A DNA stretch of 64,000 nucleotides. Origin: a phage. Position 1 is the stretch's first letter, and each line of letters opens with the position of its first letter. The position numbers were made by a program, and so were the translations under genes. Location of the stretch: the sequence record PZ452584.1. One strand, written 5' to 3'. The notes below the pieces were generated by a model. The model saw nothing but the letters and a program-made list of their open reading frames with translations, searched no databases and had not been told where the DNA came from. Shown piece after piece: positions 47,277 through 56,407 of the stretch.

Positions 47277-47585
47277 TTAATCTTCTATGATATCTCTATC
47301 ATATCCAAGTGAAATGAGAGTTTCTTTGAAGTGTTTAATGTTCTTTTGTCTAGAATCATTAATGAAAATGACCGGATAACGAATGTTAAGAGATGTGAAT
47401 CCAGCGCGTTTAGCAAGAGATACAATCAGCGGACGATCATACTCAATCTTACCGTTATTTGTAAGAACTTTATAGAAAGTAAAAGGAGCATTGAGCTCCT
47501 TTAGAAGTTTTGTAACTGATTGACATCCAGGACAACGACCTACTTCATCTGGAATTCCATAGACTTCAATCTTATTTTGTTTCAC
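47277..47585 (-). CDS. nrdH: NrdH glutaredoxin-like protein
   Basis: 102 aa thioredoxin-fold with CPGC active site; apparent GTG start six nt after AAGGA; position next to nrdG. Confidence 0.8.
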   Translation of the reverse strand: MKQNKIEVYGIPDEVGRCPGCQSVTKLLKELNAPFTFYKVLTNNGKIEYDRPLIVSLAKRAGFTSLNIRYPVIFINDSRQKNIKHFKETLISLGYDRDIIED

Positions 47586-47587
47586 AA

Positions 47588-47800
47588 CTATTCCTTACTA
47601 AGAGCAGCATTCAGCTTGTTAGTAATTTTATCCAGACGCTCATTGAACTCACTAGAAGATAAGCCCTTTTCTGGAGAAATCAAACTAATTACGAAAAATA
47701 TAACAATAAAAGGAATAAGGAAAATAGCTCCAACTGCCATGAACAAAAAGAATGTTACAGTTGTAAGAAAATCAGCTAAACCTTTACGAAATTTATACAT
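47588..47800 (-). CDS. small membrane protein 70 aa
   Basis: ORF track; ATG with AAGGGTAAAAT RBS; central hydrophobic helix. Confidence 0.55.
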   Translation of the reverse strand: MYKFRKGLADFLTTVTFFLFMAVGAIFLIPFIVIFFVISLISPEKGLSSSEFNERLDKITNKLNAALSKE

Positions 47801-47915
47801 ATTTTACCCTTAATTGATTAACCAAGCATTGATAAGCACTAAACTATATTGCGAATAAAATTCTGGACCAAAATGAAAAATCATATCATTTATAGTATCC
47901 ATAATGTAATTCAAT

Positions 47916-48386
47916 TTAATCATGTTTCCACACCCCATCGGTATTTGACCAAAGTCGCTGATTATCTGATCCTCGCCACAGCTTTTTGGTCGGAAGATTT
48001 TTCTCATACTTCCCATCAATAATAACATCAACATATTTAAGCATTTCTAGTTGTTTAATATCTTCAAACTTATATCCTGTCCACAACCAAATGCTTTTAT
48101 TGGGATAAAGATTTTTTACTGTTTGAACAATGCAATGAATAACATCTCGATTGTCAGGATAAAGAGGGTCACCTCCGGTTATAGTTAATCCTTCTATATA
48201 ATCATTATTCAAACATTCAATTAATTGTTCTAGTGTTTCACCAGTGAATGGAATACCATTTCTAGCATTCCATGTTGATTTATTATAACACCCTTCGCAT
48301 TTATGCAAACAACCTGTAACGAAAAGAACTGTCCTGCATCCAGGACCATTAACAAAGCAGCACGGGTATATTCTGTCATAATTCAT
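47916..48386 (-). CDS. nrdG: NrdG, anaerobic ribonucleotide reductase activase (radical SAM)
   Basis: 156 aa, same length as T4 NrdG; Cys cluster C..GC......GC.KCEGC. Confidence 0.9.
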   Translation of the reverse strand: MNYDRIYPCCFVNGPGCRTVLFVTGCLHKCEGCYNKSTWNARNGIPFTGETLEQLIECLNNDYIEGLTITGGDPLYPDNRDVIHCIVQTVKNLYPNKSIWLWTGYKFEDIKQLEMLKYVDVIIDGKYEKNLPTKKLWRGSDNQRLWSNTDGVWKHD

Positions 48387-49215
48387 TTATATATTTCCAA
48401 TTATAGCCTTCAACACTTTTACGTTCGCCATTTAAACATTTTAAAATATTTCCTTTGCTAGAAATATTAAAATATTTTGCTGCGTCTGGTATATAATTAA
48501 ATGTTTTTAAAAGAACACCATCTTTATATGCGCCAAATAAATTAAGAGTATATTTTTCTCGAAGACGCTGATGTTTCCTTTTCATAACCTCAGGATTTGC
48601 ATACGCCAACTTCAATGAATTTCTGTGTTTTTCTTTTACTTCAGGTTTTTGCATTGCTAACTTAGTTAGCCTGGAAATTTTATTTCTAACTTCGTCAGTT
48701 TTCATTGCATTTGACAAATTTAATAAAGTTTTATTTCTAACTTCAGGTTTTTGCATTGCTAACTTAGTTAGTTCTCTATGTCTTTTTCTAAAATCGTCAT
48801 CCTTCCATATATTTTTCGATAATTTTGACATAGAGCGGTGAAATAATTCCTTTTCACTGGAATACAATTTAAAAATTTCATCCAATTCATCCGCATTAAA
48901 TCTATCGGTATTCGAGTTTATCATTCTATGAAAGGCATAACACATTTTACTATTGCTTGTTTTAGCTAAATAGTAATGAGCTAACGCATGGTCATAATAT
49001 GACAAATTAACAATATTCCATTTATCTGTTTTATATTCAGGAAATATAGATTTGGGAAGCACGTGATGTGCTTCCGTTTTTCCTTTTATTTTAGGATTAT
49101 TATAATTTTTTGTTATCAAATCAACATATGACAATAGTAAATCATTATTTTCTTCAAATATTAAAGCTAATTTATCATTCACAAAATCGCAAGGATAAAA
49201 TCTATCATAATTCAT
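48376..49215 (-). CDS. putative HNH homing endonuclease (MobD-like) 279 aa
   Basis: KTEAHHVLPKSIFPEY...NIVNLSYYDHALAH HNH-like motif plus repeated KLAMQKPEV modules; first 9-10 residues mirror the nrdG N-terminus; sits between nrdD and nrdG. Confidence 0.75.
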   Translation of the reverse strand: MNYDRFYPCDFVNDKLALIFEENNDLLLSYVDLITKNYNNPKIKGKTEAHHVLPKSIFPEYKTDKWNIVNLSYYDHALAHYYLAKTSNSKMCYAFHRMINSNTDRFNADELDEIFKLYSSEKELFHRSMSKLSKNIWKDDDFRKRHRELTKLAMQKPEVRNKTLLNLSNAMKTDEVRNKISRLTKLAMQKPEVKEKHRNSLKLAYANPEVMKRKHQRLREKYTLNLFGAYKDGVLLKTFNYIPDAAKYFNISSKGNILKCLNGERKSVEGYNWKYINEL

Positions 49216-51029
49216 TGGTGTTTAACCCTATGCATGATTTCTTTATTTTTACCGAGATTAAATCCGCGTTCGTTCGGGTTTCCAAGATATCCGCATGTTC
49301 TTCTTATTGTATTCATCTTTTTAGGATCAGTTTCTCCACAAATAGAACAAACAAATCCGTTTTCAGTAGGAGTCATTTCATGGGTACTTCCACATGTAAA
49401 ACATTTATCTACTGGCATATTAACACCAAAATAATCTAAATGTTGTGCAGCATAATCCCATACGGCCTCAAGGCCTTTTAGGTTATTTTTCATATCAGGA
49501 AGTTCAACATAAGAAATGTGACCACCTGTCGCAATGAAATGATATGGTGCTTCACGAGAAATTTTTTCAAACGGAGTAATATTTTCTTCTACTGAAACGT
49601 GGAAACTGTTAGTGTACCATCCTTTATCAGTAACATCCTTTACACTTCCATATTTTTCGGTATCGAGTTTACAGAAGCGATAACAAAGGTTTTCAGCAGG
49701 AGTAGAATACAAACTAAAAGCAAATCCGGTTCTTTCAGTCCACTGTTTAAGATGGGCATTCATTTTAGTTAAAATTTCTTGTCCAATATCACGACCGGCA
49801 AGAATATTCAATTCGTGAATACCAATGTATCCTAGAGACACTGAACTTCTACCGTTTTTAAATAACTCAATTATGTCGTCATCAGGTTTAAGACGAACCC
49901 CGAATGCACCTTCTTGGTAAAGAATAGGAGCAACAGTAGCTTTAACTCCTTTTAAGGAACTAATTCTACACATCAAGGCTTCAAAACATAAATCCATTCG
50001 TTCATTGAACAATTCGATAAATTTCTGTTCATTGAACTGTGTTCCAATATAAGAATCTAACGCAATACGAGGAAGATTCAGTGTTACAACACCGAGATTA
50101 TTACGTCCATCAAGAATTTCATTGCCAGTCGAATCTTTCCATACGCTCAAGAAACTACGACAACCCATTGGAGAAACAGGAATAGATGAGCCGGTGATAG
50201 CTTTATTGTTCTTAGCTGAAATAATATCAGGATACATTCTTTTGCTTGCGCACTCTAGAGCAAGCTGTTTAATATCATAGTTCGGATCGTCTTTATAAAG
50301 ATTAACACCTTCTTCAACGAACATAACAAGCTTAGGGAAAATAGGAGTTATCCCATCACGACCGAGACCTTTAATACGATTTTTCAGAATTGCTTTCTGA
50401 ATCATTCGTTCAGTCCAGTCAGTTCCTGTACCAAATGTAATTGTTACAAAAGGTGTTTGTCCGTTTGAACTAAAGAGAGTATTTACTTCATATTCATAAG
50501 CTTGGAATGCATCGTATACGTCTTTTTCTGTTTTAGATTGGGCATAATTCAGTGCATCGGCGATTTGCCATTTTTCTGCGTCCTCGATATGTTTTGCATA
50601 GGTGCGTTTAACATAAGGAGAAAGTACTTTATCTACATTCGCAAAAGTCGTTCCGCCGTATTGGTGAGAAGCAACCTGTGCGGTAATTTGTGCCATAATT
50701 GCAGTAGCAACGCCAATTGATTTAGGAGTTTCAATCTGCGCATTACCAAGCTTAAATCCGTTCTCAAGCATTCCTTTTAAATCTACTAAACAGCAATTAG
50801 TAAATGGAAGAGCAGGGGAATAATCAATATCATGAAAATGAATAATTCCGCTTTCATGCGCTTTCATAATAAAAGACGGGACCATATTTTTGGCAATGTG
50901 TTTAGACACAATACCAGCCATAAGGTCCCGTTGAGTTGGAAAAACACGAGAATCTTTGTTAGCATTCTCGTTTAAAAGGTCTTTATTAGTTTTATGAATC
51001 AATCCTTCAATTTCTTTTTCAATTGTCAT
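49212..51029 (-). CDS. nrdD: NrdD, anaerobic ribonucleotide reductase (glycyl radical enzyme)
   Basis: 605 aa uninterrupted; C-terminal glycyl radical motif RRTCGYLG; same length as spliced T4 NrdD. Confidence 0.97.
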   Translation of the reverse strand: MTIEKEIEGLIHKTNKDLLNENANKDSRVFPTQRDLMAGIVSKHIAKNMVPSFIMKAHESGIIHFHDIDYSPALPFTNCCLVDLKGMLENGFKLGNAQIETPKSIGVATAIMAQITAQVASHQYGGTTFANVDKVLSPYVKRTYAKHIEDAEKWQIADALNYAQSKTEKDVYDAFQAYEYEVNTLFSSNGQTPFVTITFGTGTDWTERMIQKAILKNRIKGLGRDGITPIFPKLVMFVEEGVNLYKDDPNYDIKQLALECASKRMYPDIISAKNNKAITGSSIPVSPMGCRSFLSVWKDSTGNEILDGRNNLGVVTLNLPRIALDSYIGTQFNEQKFIELFNERMDLCFEALMCRISSLKGVKATVAPILYQEGAFGVRLKPDDDIIELFKNGRSSVSLGYIGIHELNILAGRDIGQEILTKMNAHLKQWTERTGFAFSLYSTPAENLCYRFCKLDTEKYGSVKDVTDKGWYTNSFHVSVEENITPFEKISREAPYHFIATGGHISYVELPDMKNNLKGLEAVWDYAAQHLDYFGVNMPVDKCFTCGSTHEMTPTENGFVCSICGETDPKKMNTIRRTCGYLGNPNERGFNLGKNKEIMHRVKHQ

Positions 51030-51499
51030 TTTAAACTCTTTCTAAGCTGCTTCTTAAATGAAGCTATTAATTGTGTTTTGGTGTCAGATTCATTATATTC
51101 AAATCCTCTTTGAAGCATCTCGGCCATCATTTCCTCTTTTCCTAAACGAGAAAATTCCTTTGATTTATCTCCAACAAAGTTAGGGTGAATATTATTTTGG
51201 GTGTAATCGGATTTTAAATAAGTAAGTAAATTTTCTAACCATTCAAGATAATCAACACCTTGTCCCTTTAAGCCAGAACGATTAAATTTATGCTTCATTT
51301 GACCTTCTGCGGCATTGCAGAGATTACAAAGCAATCCACGCACCTTTCCTGCTTTTGGTCCATTTAATTCATGGTCATGGTCGAGGTGATTAGCTTGAAC
51401 GTCAGGATTTAGTTCTCGTTGGCAAATTAAGCATTTACCGTTTTGTGCATCATAAAATTTCTGTTTTTCTTCTTTATATAATTTGCCAGTCAATAACAT
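51026..51499 (-). CDS. 49: endonuclease VII (Holliday junction resolvase) gp49
   Basis: 157 aa; sequence recognised as T4 endo VII; zinc-binding CLIC...H-N-H region. Confidence 0.95.
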   Translation of the reverse strand: MLLTGKLYKEEKQKFYDAQNGKCLICQRELNPDVQANHLDHDHELNGPKAGKVRGLLCNLCNAAEGQMKHKFNRSGLKGQGVDYLEWLENLLTYLKSDYTQNNIHPNFVGDKSKEFSRLGKEEMMAEMLQRGFEYNESDTKTQLIASFKKQLRKSLK

Positions 51500-51540
51500 A
51501 ATAAACCCTTACCTTAAATAGATAAGGGTATTTATTATTT

Positions 51541-52026
51541 TCAAGTATTGTAAAACATTTGATTCAATCGCTTATATTGCCGAATCTTTTGGTCAGAAAA
51601 AGAAATTTGAGTTTCAAGCCATTCAATATATTCTGCCGCAGCTTGCATCAAATTTCCTTCATAACCATCGTTATTTTCTTGTGCAGCTAATTTAGCTAAT
51701 GCATATGAAATACGTTCACCTTGAAAATCGGCTTTAGGCTTCTGAACAACTTGATTAGTTCGCTCTACAACTTCTTCAATTTCGCCATTTTCGACTGATT
51801 CAGTATTCCACAAGCACCAATACGTAATTGGCTTATCGTAGATGTTAATAATCTTTCCATCAGAAAGTTCAATTTCAATAATTCCAGTATCAGGCTCTAT
51901 ATCATCTTCACATTCTTTTGCAAGTTCACGAACTTTAAAGACAGTACCTGCACTAAGTTCCGGCCAGTAATTACATAGCCCTGTATCAGCACGATTAATT
52001 CTAAACCACTTATCTACTGTAATCAT
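51541..52026 (-). CDS. pin: Pin-like protein (inhibitor of host Lon protease), 161 aa
   Basis: ORF track trimmed to internal ATG (M7) with GGAG RBS; size and position downstream of gene 49 match T4 pin; identity by synteny. Confidence 0.55.
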   Translation of the reverse strand: MITVDKWFRINRADTGLCNYWPELSAGTVFKVRELAKECEDDIEPDTGIIEIELSDGKIINIYDKPITYWCLWNTESVENGEIEEVVERTNQVVQKPKADFQGERISYALAKLAAQENNDGYEGNLMQAAAEYIEWLETQISFSDQKIRQYKRLNQMFYNT

Positions 52027-52148
52027 GTCCCATCTCCATATCAATTAAGTCATTTATCGTTGGTTCATTATATACTGTTTCTTCATCAGTGTAAACCGGT
52101 TCTTCCGGCTCTGGCTCTACAGTTTCCCATCTAACCGCCCACCAGGGT

Positions 52149-52319
52149 TTAACCCCGAAGCTTATTAAGTTCTTCATAATCAATCCAGGATTCTAATCCT
52201 GATGGCAAATCAGATTCAATTTCCCAAAGAAGTTCTTCAATTTTCTGAAGACGATCTAATTCTTCAGCTGGAATAGTAACCATTGATGGAGTTCTTGATA
52301 CACTAATATCGTAAATCAT
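52149..52319 (-). CDS. hypothetical acidic protein about 56 aa
   Basis: ORF track trimmed to internal ATG (M9); listed first codon TTG. Confidence 0.45.
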   Translation of the reverse strand: MIYDISVSRTPSMVTIPAEELDRLQKIEELLWEIESDLPSGLESWIDYEELNKLRG

Positions 52320-52321
52320 AT

Positions 52322-52537
52322 TTACCCCAGCTTGACCATGCAATCACCGTATTTCCACTTAGAAATAGACTTTTCGCCATTAGAATAATAAACTTCAAGT
52401 TTAGCACGGTTATTTTTAATTTGAATAACCTTGGCTGTCATCAAAGTTCCATACCCATAGTAAACTGCAACTTCATCACCTACATATACCGCGCTTCCGC
52501 GGTAATCGTGAATATAGTCAGTTCCTTCGAGCATCAT
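52322..52537 (-). CDS. hypothetical protein 71 aa
   Basis: ORF track; ATG overlaps nrdC stop (ATGA). Confidence 0.5.
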   Translation of the reverse strand: MMLEGTDYIHDYRGSAVYVGDEVAVYYGYGTLMTAKVIQIKNNRAKLEVYYSNGEKSISKWKYGDCMVKLG

Positions 52538-52797
52538 TTAAAATATTCCCGCAATTGGTCAAAGCCGCCAATATGACTTCCATCAGGAGCAAATACCTGA
52601 GGCATTGTCAAGCCGATTTGAGTATCACGACCTAGTTTAGTCAGAAGCTCAGCGATTTTCTCATCATCAAAAACACCTTTTTCCGGCATAATGTTGATAA
52701 ATTCAAACGGCTGTTTCTTCACGGTCAAAAGACGTTTTGCATTATCGCAATACACACATTTATGGATGTTGCTATCATAACCATATACTTTAAACAT
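52534..52797 (-). CDS. nrdC: NrdC thioredoxin/glutaredoxin
   Basis: 87 aa; sequence recognised as T4 thioredoxin; CVYC active site. Confidence 0.9.
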   Translation of the reverse strand: MFKVYGYDSNIHKCVYCDNAKRLLTVKKQPFEFINIMPEKGVFDDEKIAELLTKLGRDTQIGLTMPQVFAPDGSHIGGFDQLREYFK

Positions 52798-52798
52798 A

Positions 52799-53041
52799 TT
52801 ATTCCTTAATTCCTAGTACTTGTTTAAAAGTCTCGTCGTAATCAAGACTTTGGCCCGTTTGTTCTTTATGTTTGTATATAATATCACTTACTTCTGATAG
52901 CATATTTTTATATGAACGAGTTAAAGCAGATTTAAGCACGCTGTATCTATCAGGAAATTTACCGTGTTCATTATAATAAGCTATTGCTAATTCACGGACT
53001 GCCTTTTCGGCAGTCTCCATATATTCTTTACGCTTTGTCAT
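52799..53041 (-). CDS. hypothetical protein about 80 aa
   Basis: ORF track trimmed to internal ATG (M6); listed first codon TTG. Confidence 0.5.
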
Positions 53042-53345
53042 TTTCTTCTCGGTCAAATCGGTGTTTACAATGGCGACATTTATAACGAAGATTATTAGTC
53101 TGCCAATGGACTAATTGCACCTGTTCAGTTCCACATTCAGGGCAATTAGGAACGTTTTTAGAAGCTCTTTCACGTCGCTCAACCATAACCATAATAGCGT
53201 CCCAGGCTGGCGGTTTAAAATCTAAATCGTCACAACCATGAATCTTTCCACGCATTTCCAAATCGTCTTCTTCACCAGCCATAATAATTTTAATTAGACT
53301 AGAATTACTTGAAGCTGCAATATCTTCTAATAAACGCTTTTTCAT
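53028..53345 (-). CDS. zinc-ribbon protein 105 aa
   Basis: ORF track; C-terminal CPECG...CRHC four-Cys ribbon. Confidence 0.55.
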
Positions 53346-54268
53346 TTCAATACCTCAATAGCATTACGTAAACCATTTGCTTTGGCGGTTAAAGTCTTAA
53401 GAACTTTAGTATGCTCTTCAATCTGTTTTTCAACTTCAATCAAACGGGCACTGAGATATTCGCGTTCTTCTTTCATATTATCATTCCCATGATTGGGCTT
53501 TGGCGTAGGTTTAAATTTATTAGGGTCCTTTAACTTAATAACAACTTTAGTTTCAAACAGTGAAAGACCATAATTCGTATTATCATCAAAGGATTCAACT
53601 ACGTCCATTTTAGACAATAACGTATGAAGATTATAAGTCAAAGAACGAATCGTTTTATTATGTTTATTAGCTTCACATGGTTTCATATATGGAAGATTTT
53701 TATATATTTCATGCGGAGCACAAACAATAATTGACAATTCAAATGGTCCATTCTGTGATGATGGAATGAATTTAGCCGTAACCCAATCTTTTACATTTAC
53801 ATTAATAGTACGATCATCGCCATGACAAAACAGTCTACGAGAATGCTTAAAAAGCATATTCACATTATTATTAAATTCGTGTGAAAACTCACTGGCAAAT
53901 TTTTCTTTACTATTTTTAGAAAACCATTCTTCTAAATAAGTTCTTTTCACGTCATTAATAATATTAAATGTAACAACATTATCATTTGATACATTAGTCT
54001 CAATGTAGCTTGGATACATAAATTTTTTAACATTATTAACAGCTATCACAGAAGATAGTAATCGGGAACGTTTGAACCACTCGAGCAAAGAACCAAGAGA
54101 ATGTGAATACGCATTTTGTGTATCTTTACAAATATGGTTTTCCCATCCAATATAGTCTAAAAAATCACGAAGAATATTATTGATTACTGCTCTGTGTCCT
54201 ATCTGATAATTACGATGTTTAGTAATAAGACTGTCAAAATAATCAATATAATGTTTACGAGTTTTCAT
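53342..54268 (-). CDS. coiled-coil protein, tandem paralog family member 1 (308 aa)
   Basis: ORF track; starts MKTRK; C-terminal about 45 aa predicted coiled coil; shares architecture with the next three genes. Confidence 0.7.
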   Translation of the reverse strand: MKTRKHYIDYFDSLITKHRNYQIGHRAVINNILRDFLDYIGWENHICKDTQNAYSHSLGSLLEWFKRSRLLSSVIAVNNVKKFMYPSYIETNVSNDNVVTFNIINDVKRTYLEEWFSKNSKEKFASEFSHEFNNNVNMLFKHSRRLFCHGDDRTINVNVKDWVTAKFIPSSQNGPFELSIIVCAPHEIYKNLPYMKPCEANKHNKTIRSLTYNLHTLLSKMDVVESFDDNTNYGLSLFETKVVIKLKDPNKFKPTPKPNHGNDNMKEEREYLSARLIEVEKQIEEHTKVLKTLTAKANGLRNAIEVLK

Positions 54269-54320
54269 GTTCTTCTCACTTGGTTAATGATTTATACTCC
54301 GAGCCATCCTTGGCTTTAAA

Positions 54321-55322
54321 TTACTTAATTAACTGTAAAGCTTGTTCCAAACTATCAAGACGATTAACAGATTCTTCCCAAATCCTTTTAGCCTGCTCAT
54401 ATTCTTTCTGCGCTTTATTAGAAATTTCTAGAGCTTCTTTATAAGCTTTTTCTAATGCAATAACTTCTGGACGAATTTCTACCGGTTCAGGTGAATCATC
54501 AAGATTATCCATTAGTTCCTCAAGGGTAGTTTCTTCTTTAGGAGTATTCACAATTTCATCACATTTTTGTTGGTAAATTTCTTTATCAGTAGGTGAGTAC
54601 GCGCACTTTACTTCACGAAGACTAATTACAATTTTATATCCTTCCCAGCCGCATATATTCTTAAAAGGATATGTATGAATATTTTCTACTGTTTCCATAC
54701 AAAGTAATGCGGTCTCTAATTGACGAGTTATAGTGCTAGCAATTGAGAAAAATTTATTAATGTTCTTTTGGTTAGTTTCTGGTGTAAAAAATCCATAATT
54801 CACAAAAATAGATACTTTATTTTTATCAAGTTCATATTCTTTTATGATAATCATATCAGAAGCCAAAGGATGAATTTGACGATAATCGCCATAACATAAT
54901 TTAGAAGCTGATTTTAGAATCTGTCCTTTGAAAAGTCTGAAATTACTAATCCAACGACGAGTAAAAATATTCTCAGGGTCTTCTTTATTATTAAGATGAT
55001 AAGAATTAACATCACCGAACCAATTATATCCTACTACATCTTTGGTTCGTTTAATTTCTTTCCCAAAATTACCAAGAATATCCCGATTAACCAAATATGA
55101 AAGAAGACGAGACTCTTTAAAGGTTTTCTTGATAACATCTTTATCTACACGGCTAGAAATTTTACGAATTTCATGAATAAATTTAGTAGAAGAAACAATA
55201 CTTGCATCAACACTATTGAGCCATTGATTGATAATAGAAAGAACGATATTTTGACCAAACATCGGTATAGCTTTATCATCAATAACGCTATTGAATGATT
55301 TGATATATTCGTTACGAGTCAT
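54321..55322 (-). CDS. coiled-coil protein, tandem paralog family member 2 (about 333 aa)
   Basis: ORF track trimmed to internal ATG (M18, MTRNEY...) with GAGGAG RBS and early promoter upstream; C-terminal coiled coil. Confidence 0.7.
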   Translation of the reverse strand: MTRNEYIKSFNSVIDDKAIPMFGQNIVLSIINQWLNSVDASIVSSTKFIHEIRKISSRVDKDVIKKTFKESRLLSYLVNRDILGNFGKEIKRTKDVVGYNWFGDVNSYHLNNKEDPENIFTRRWISNFRLFKGQILKSASKLCYGDYRQIHPLASDMIIIKEYELDKNKVSIFVNYGFFTPETNQKNINKFFSIASTITRQLETALLCMETVENIHTYPFKNICGWEGYKIVISLREVKCAYSPTDKEIYQQKCDEIVNTPKEETTLEELMDNLDDSPEPVEIRPEVIALEKAYKEALEISNKAQKEYEQAKRIWEESVNRLDSLEQALQLIK

Positions 55323-55351
55323 ATTAATCTCCTCAGTAGAAAGTAAGAACA

Positions 55352-55380
55352 TTATACCACATCCTTGTGGCAAAGTAAAC
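55352..55380 (-). promoter_or_regulatory. early promoter for coiled-coil paralog 2
   Basis: Minus strand GTTTAC-N17-GTATAAT with palindromic spacer CCACAAGGATGTGG; approximate. Confidence 0.55.
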
Positions 55381-56399
55381 TAGTTCAGTGCATTTAGTGC
55401 ATTGTTCAGTTTAGAACGTTGCTTTGTCAGATTTTGAACCCTTGACTGAGCTTGTTCTAACACCTTTTCAGCTTCTAGCACTTCATTGGTCGCTTTAACG
55501 AGTTCATCATCTACTGCCTTAAGAGACTTCTCAATCGCGTCAGCGTGCCATTTTTCTACAGGTTTAAAATTTGAATTTTCAGTAGGAAGAAAACTCACTT
55601 TATTAAGTTTACATGCATCTATATTGCTTGAGCTATACATCCAAAATTTAGGATCGTTTGATAAGTAATTGGATAAATTTAAGTTATCTTGCACTTCCTG
55701 CTTTTTCTCTTGCGGGACTTCGTCCTTTCTCAAAAAATCGTATTTAAATGAAACGATCATATCAAGTTCATATGATGTTGTATCTAACTTAAATCGTTCA
55801 AAACGAGGTAAAATCTTAGATTGAACAGCAGCAACAACATCCATATACTTAAATGCTTCTGTCAATTGTGATTTAAGGCATTCACAAATTGAAAGAGAAT
55901 TTTTTGTATTAGGTTTAAAGCTAATTCGTGCAGTTCTATTATTTTCTTTTAACGGTCTTACTTCCATCTGAAGAGTATAACCATCAAATTTCAGGTTCTT
56001 TAAGTTAATATCAGAGCCTTTTAATCGACTAGCAGTAGACAAAATTTGCTTTAATTGTCTACGGAACAGAGCAATAAATCTCCATTCAATACGATAATGA
56101 TTTGGATTGAAAAATCCAGATGATAAATCGACCTTACTTTGACCAACGCCTTGAACAAATAGAGGATTTTTATAATCAATAGTTTTACAGAAATCGGTGA
56201 GCTGCTCACGAGCAGTTATTTGTGTAATATACCCCGCTTTACTAAAATGACGTAACCATTCACTGTTGTTCATATATTTAAAGTGAATATCACGATTAAC
56301 TTTATCAGGGTCTAAATTATTTTGGCACAAAAATGTCATAACATCACGAGTATAGCTGGCATTACGAACCATATCTTCAATTTGAGAACGAGTTTTCAT
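55380..56399 (-). CDS. coiled-coil protein, tandem paralog family member 3 (339 aa)
   Basis: ORF track; starts MKTRSQ; C-terminal coiled coil ...LEAEKVLEQAQSRVQNLTKQRSKLNNALNALN. Confidence 0.7.
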   Translation of the reverse strand: MKTRSQIEDMVRNASYTRDVMTFLCQNNLDPDKVNRDIHFKYMNNSEWLRHFSKAGYITQITAREQLTDFCKTIDYKNPLFVQGVGQSKVDLSSGFFNPNHYRIEWRFIALFRRQLKQILSTASRLKGSDINLKNLKFDGYTLQMEVRPLKENNRTARISFKPNTKNSLSICECLKSQLTEAFKYMDVVAAVQSKILPRFERFKLDTTSYELDMIVSFKYDFLRKDEVPQEKKQEVQDNLNLSNYLSNDPKFWMYSSSNIDACKLNKVSFLPTENSNFKPVEKWHADAIEKSLKAVDDELVKATNEVLEAEKVLEQAQSRVQNLTKQRSKLNNALNALN

Positions 56400-56407
56400 G
56401 GTGTTCC

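Noticed and set aside
47810-48034. 74-aa ORF overlapping the 3' end of nrdG by about 120 nt
   Set aside because: Most of it is out-of-frame overlap with the well-supported nrdG; at most a 37-codon ORF from an internal ATG (about 47810-47923) could be real, and that is too uncertain to call.
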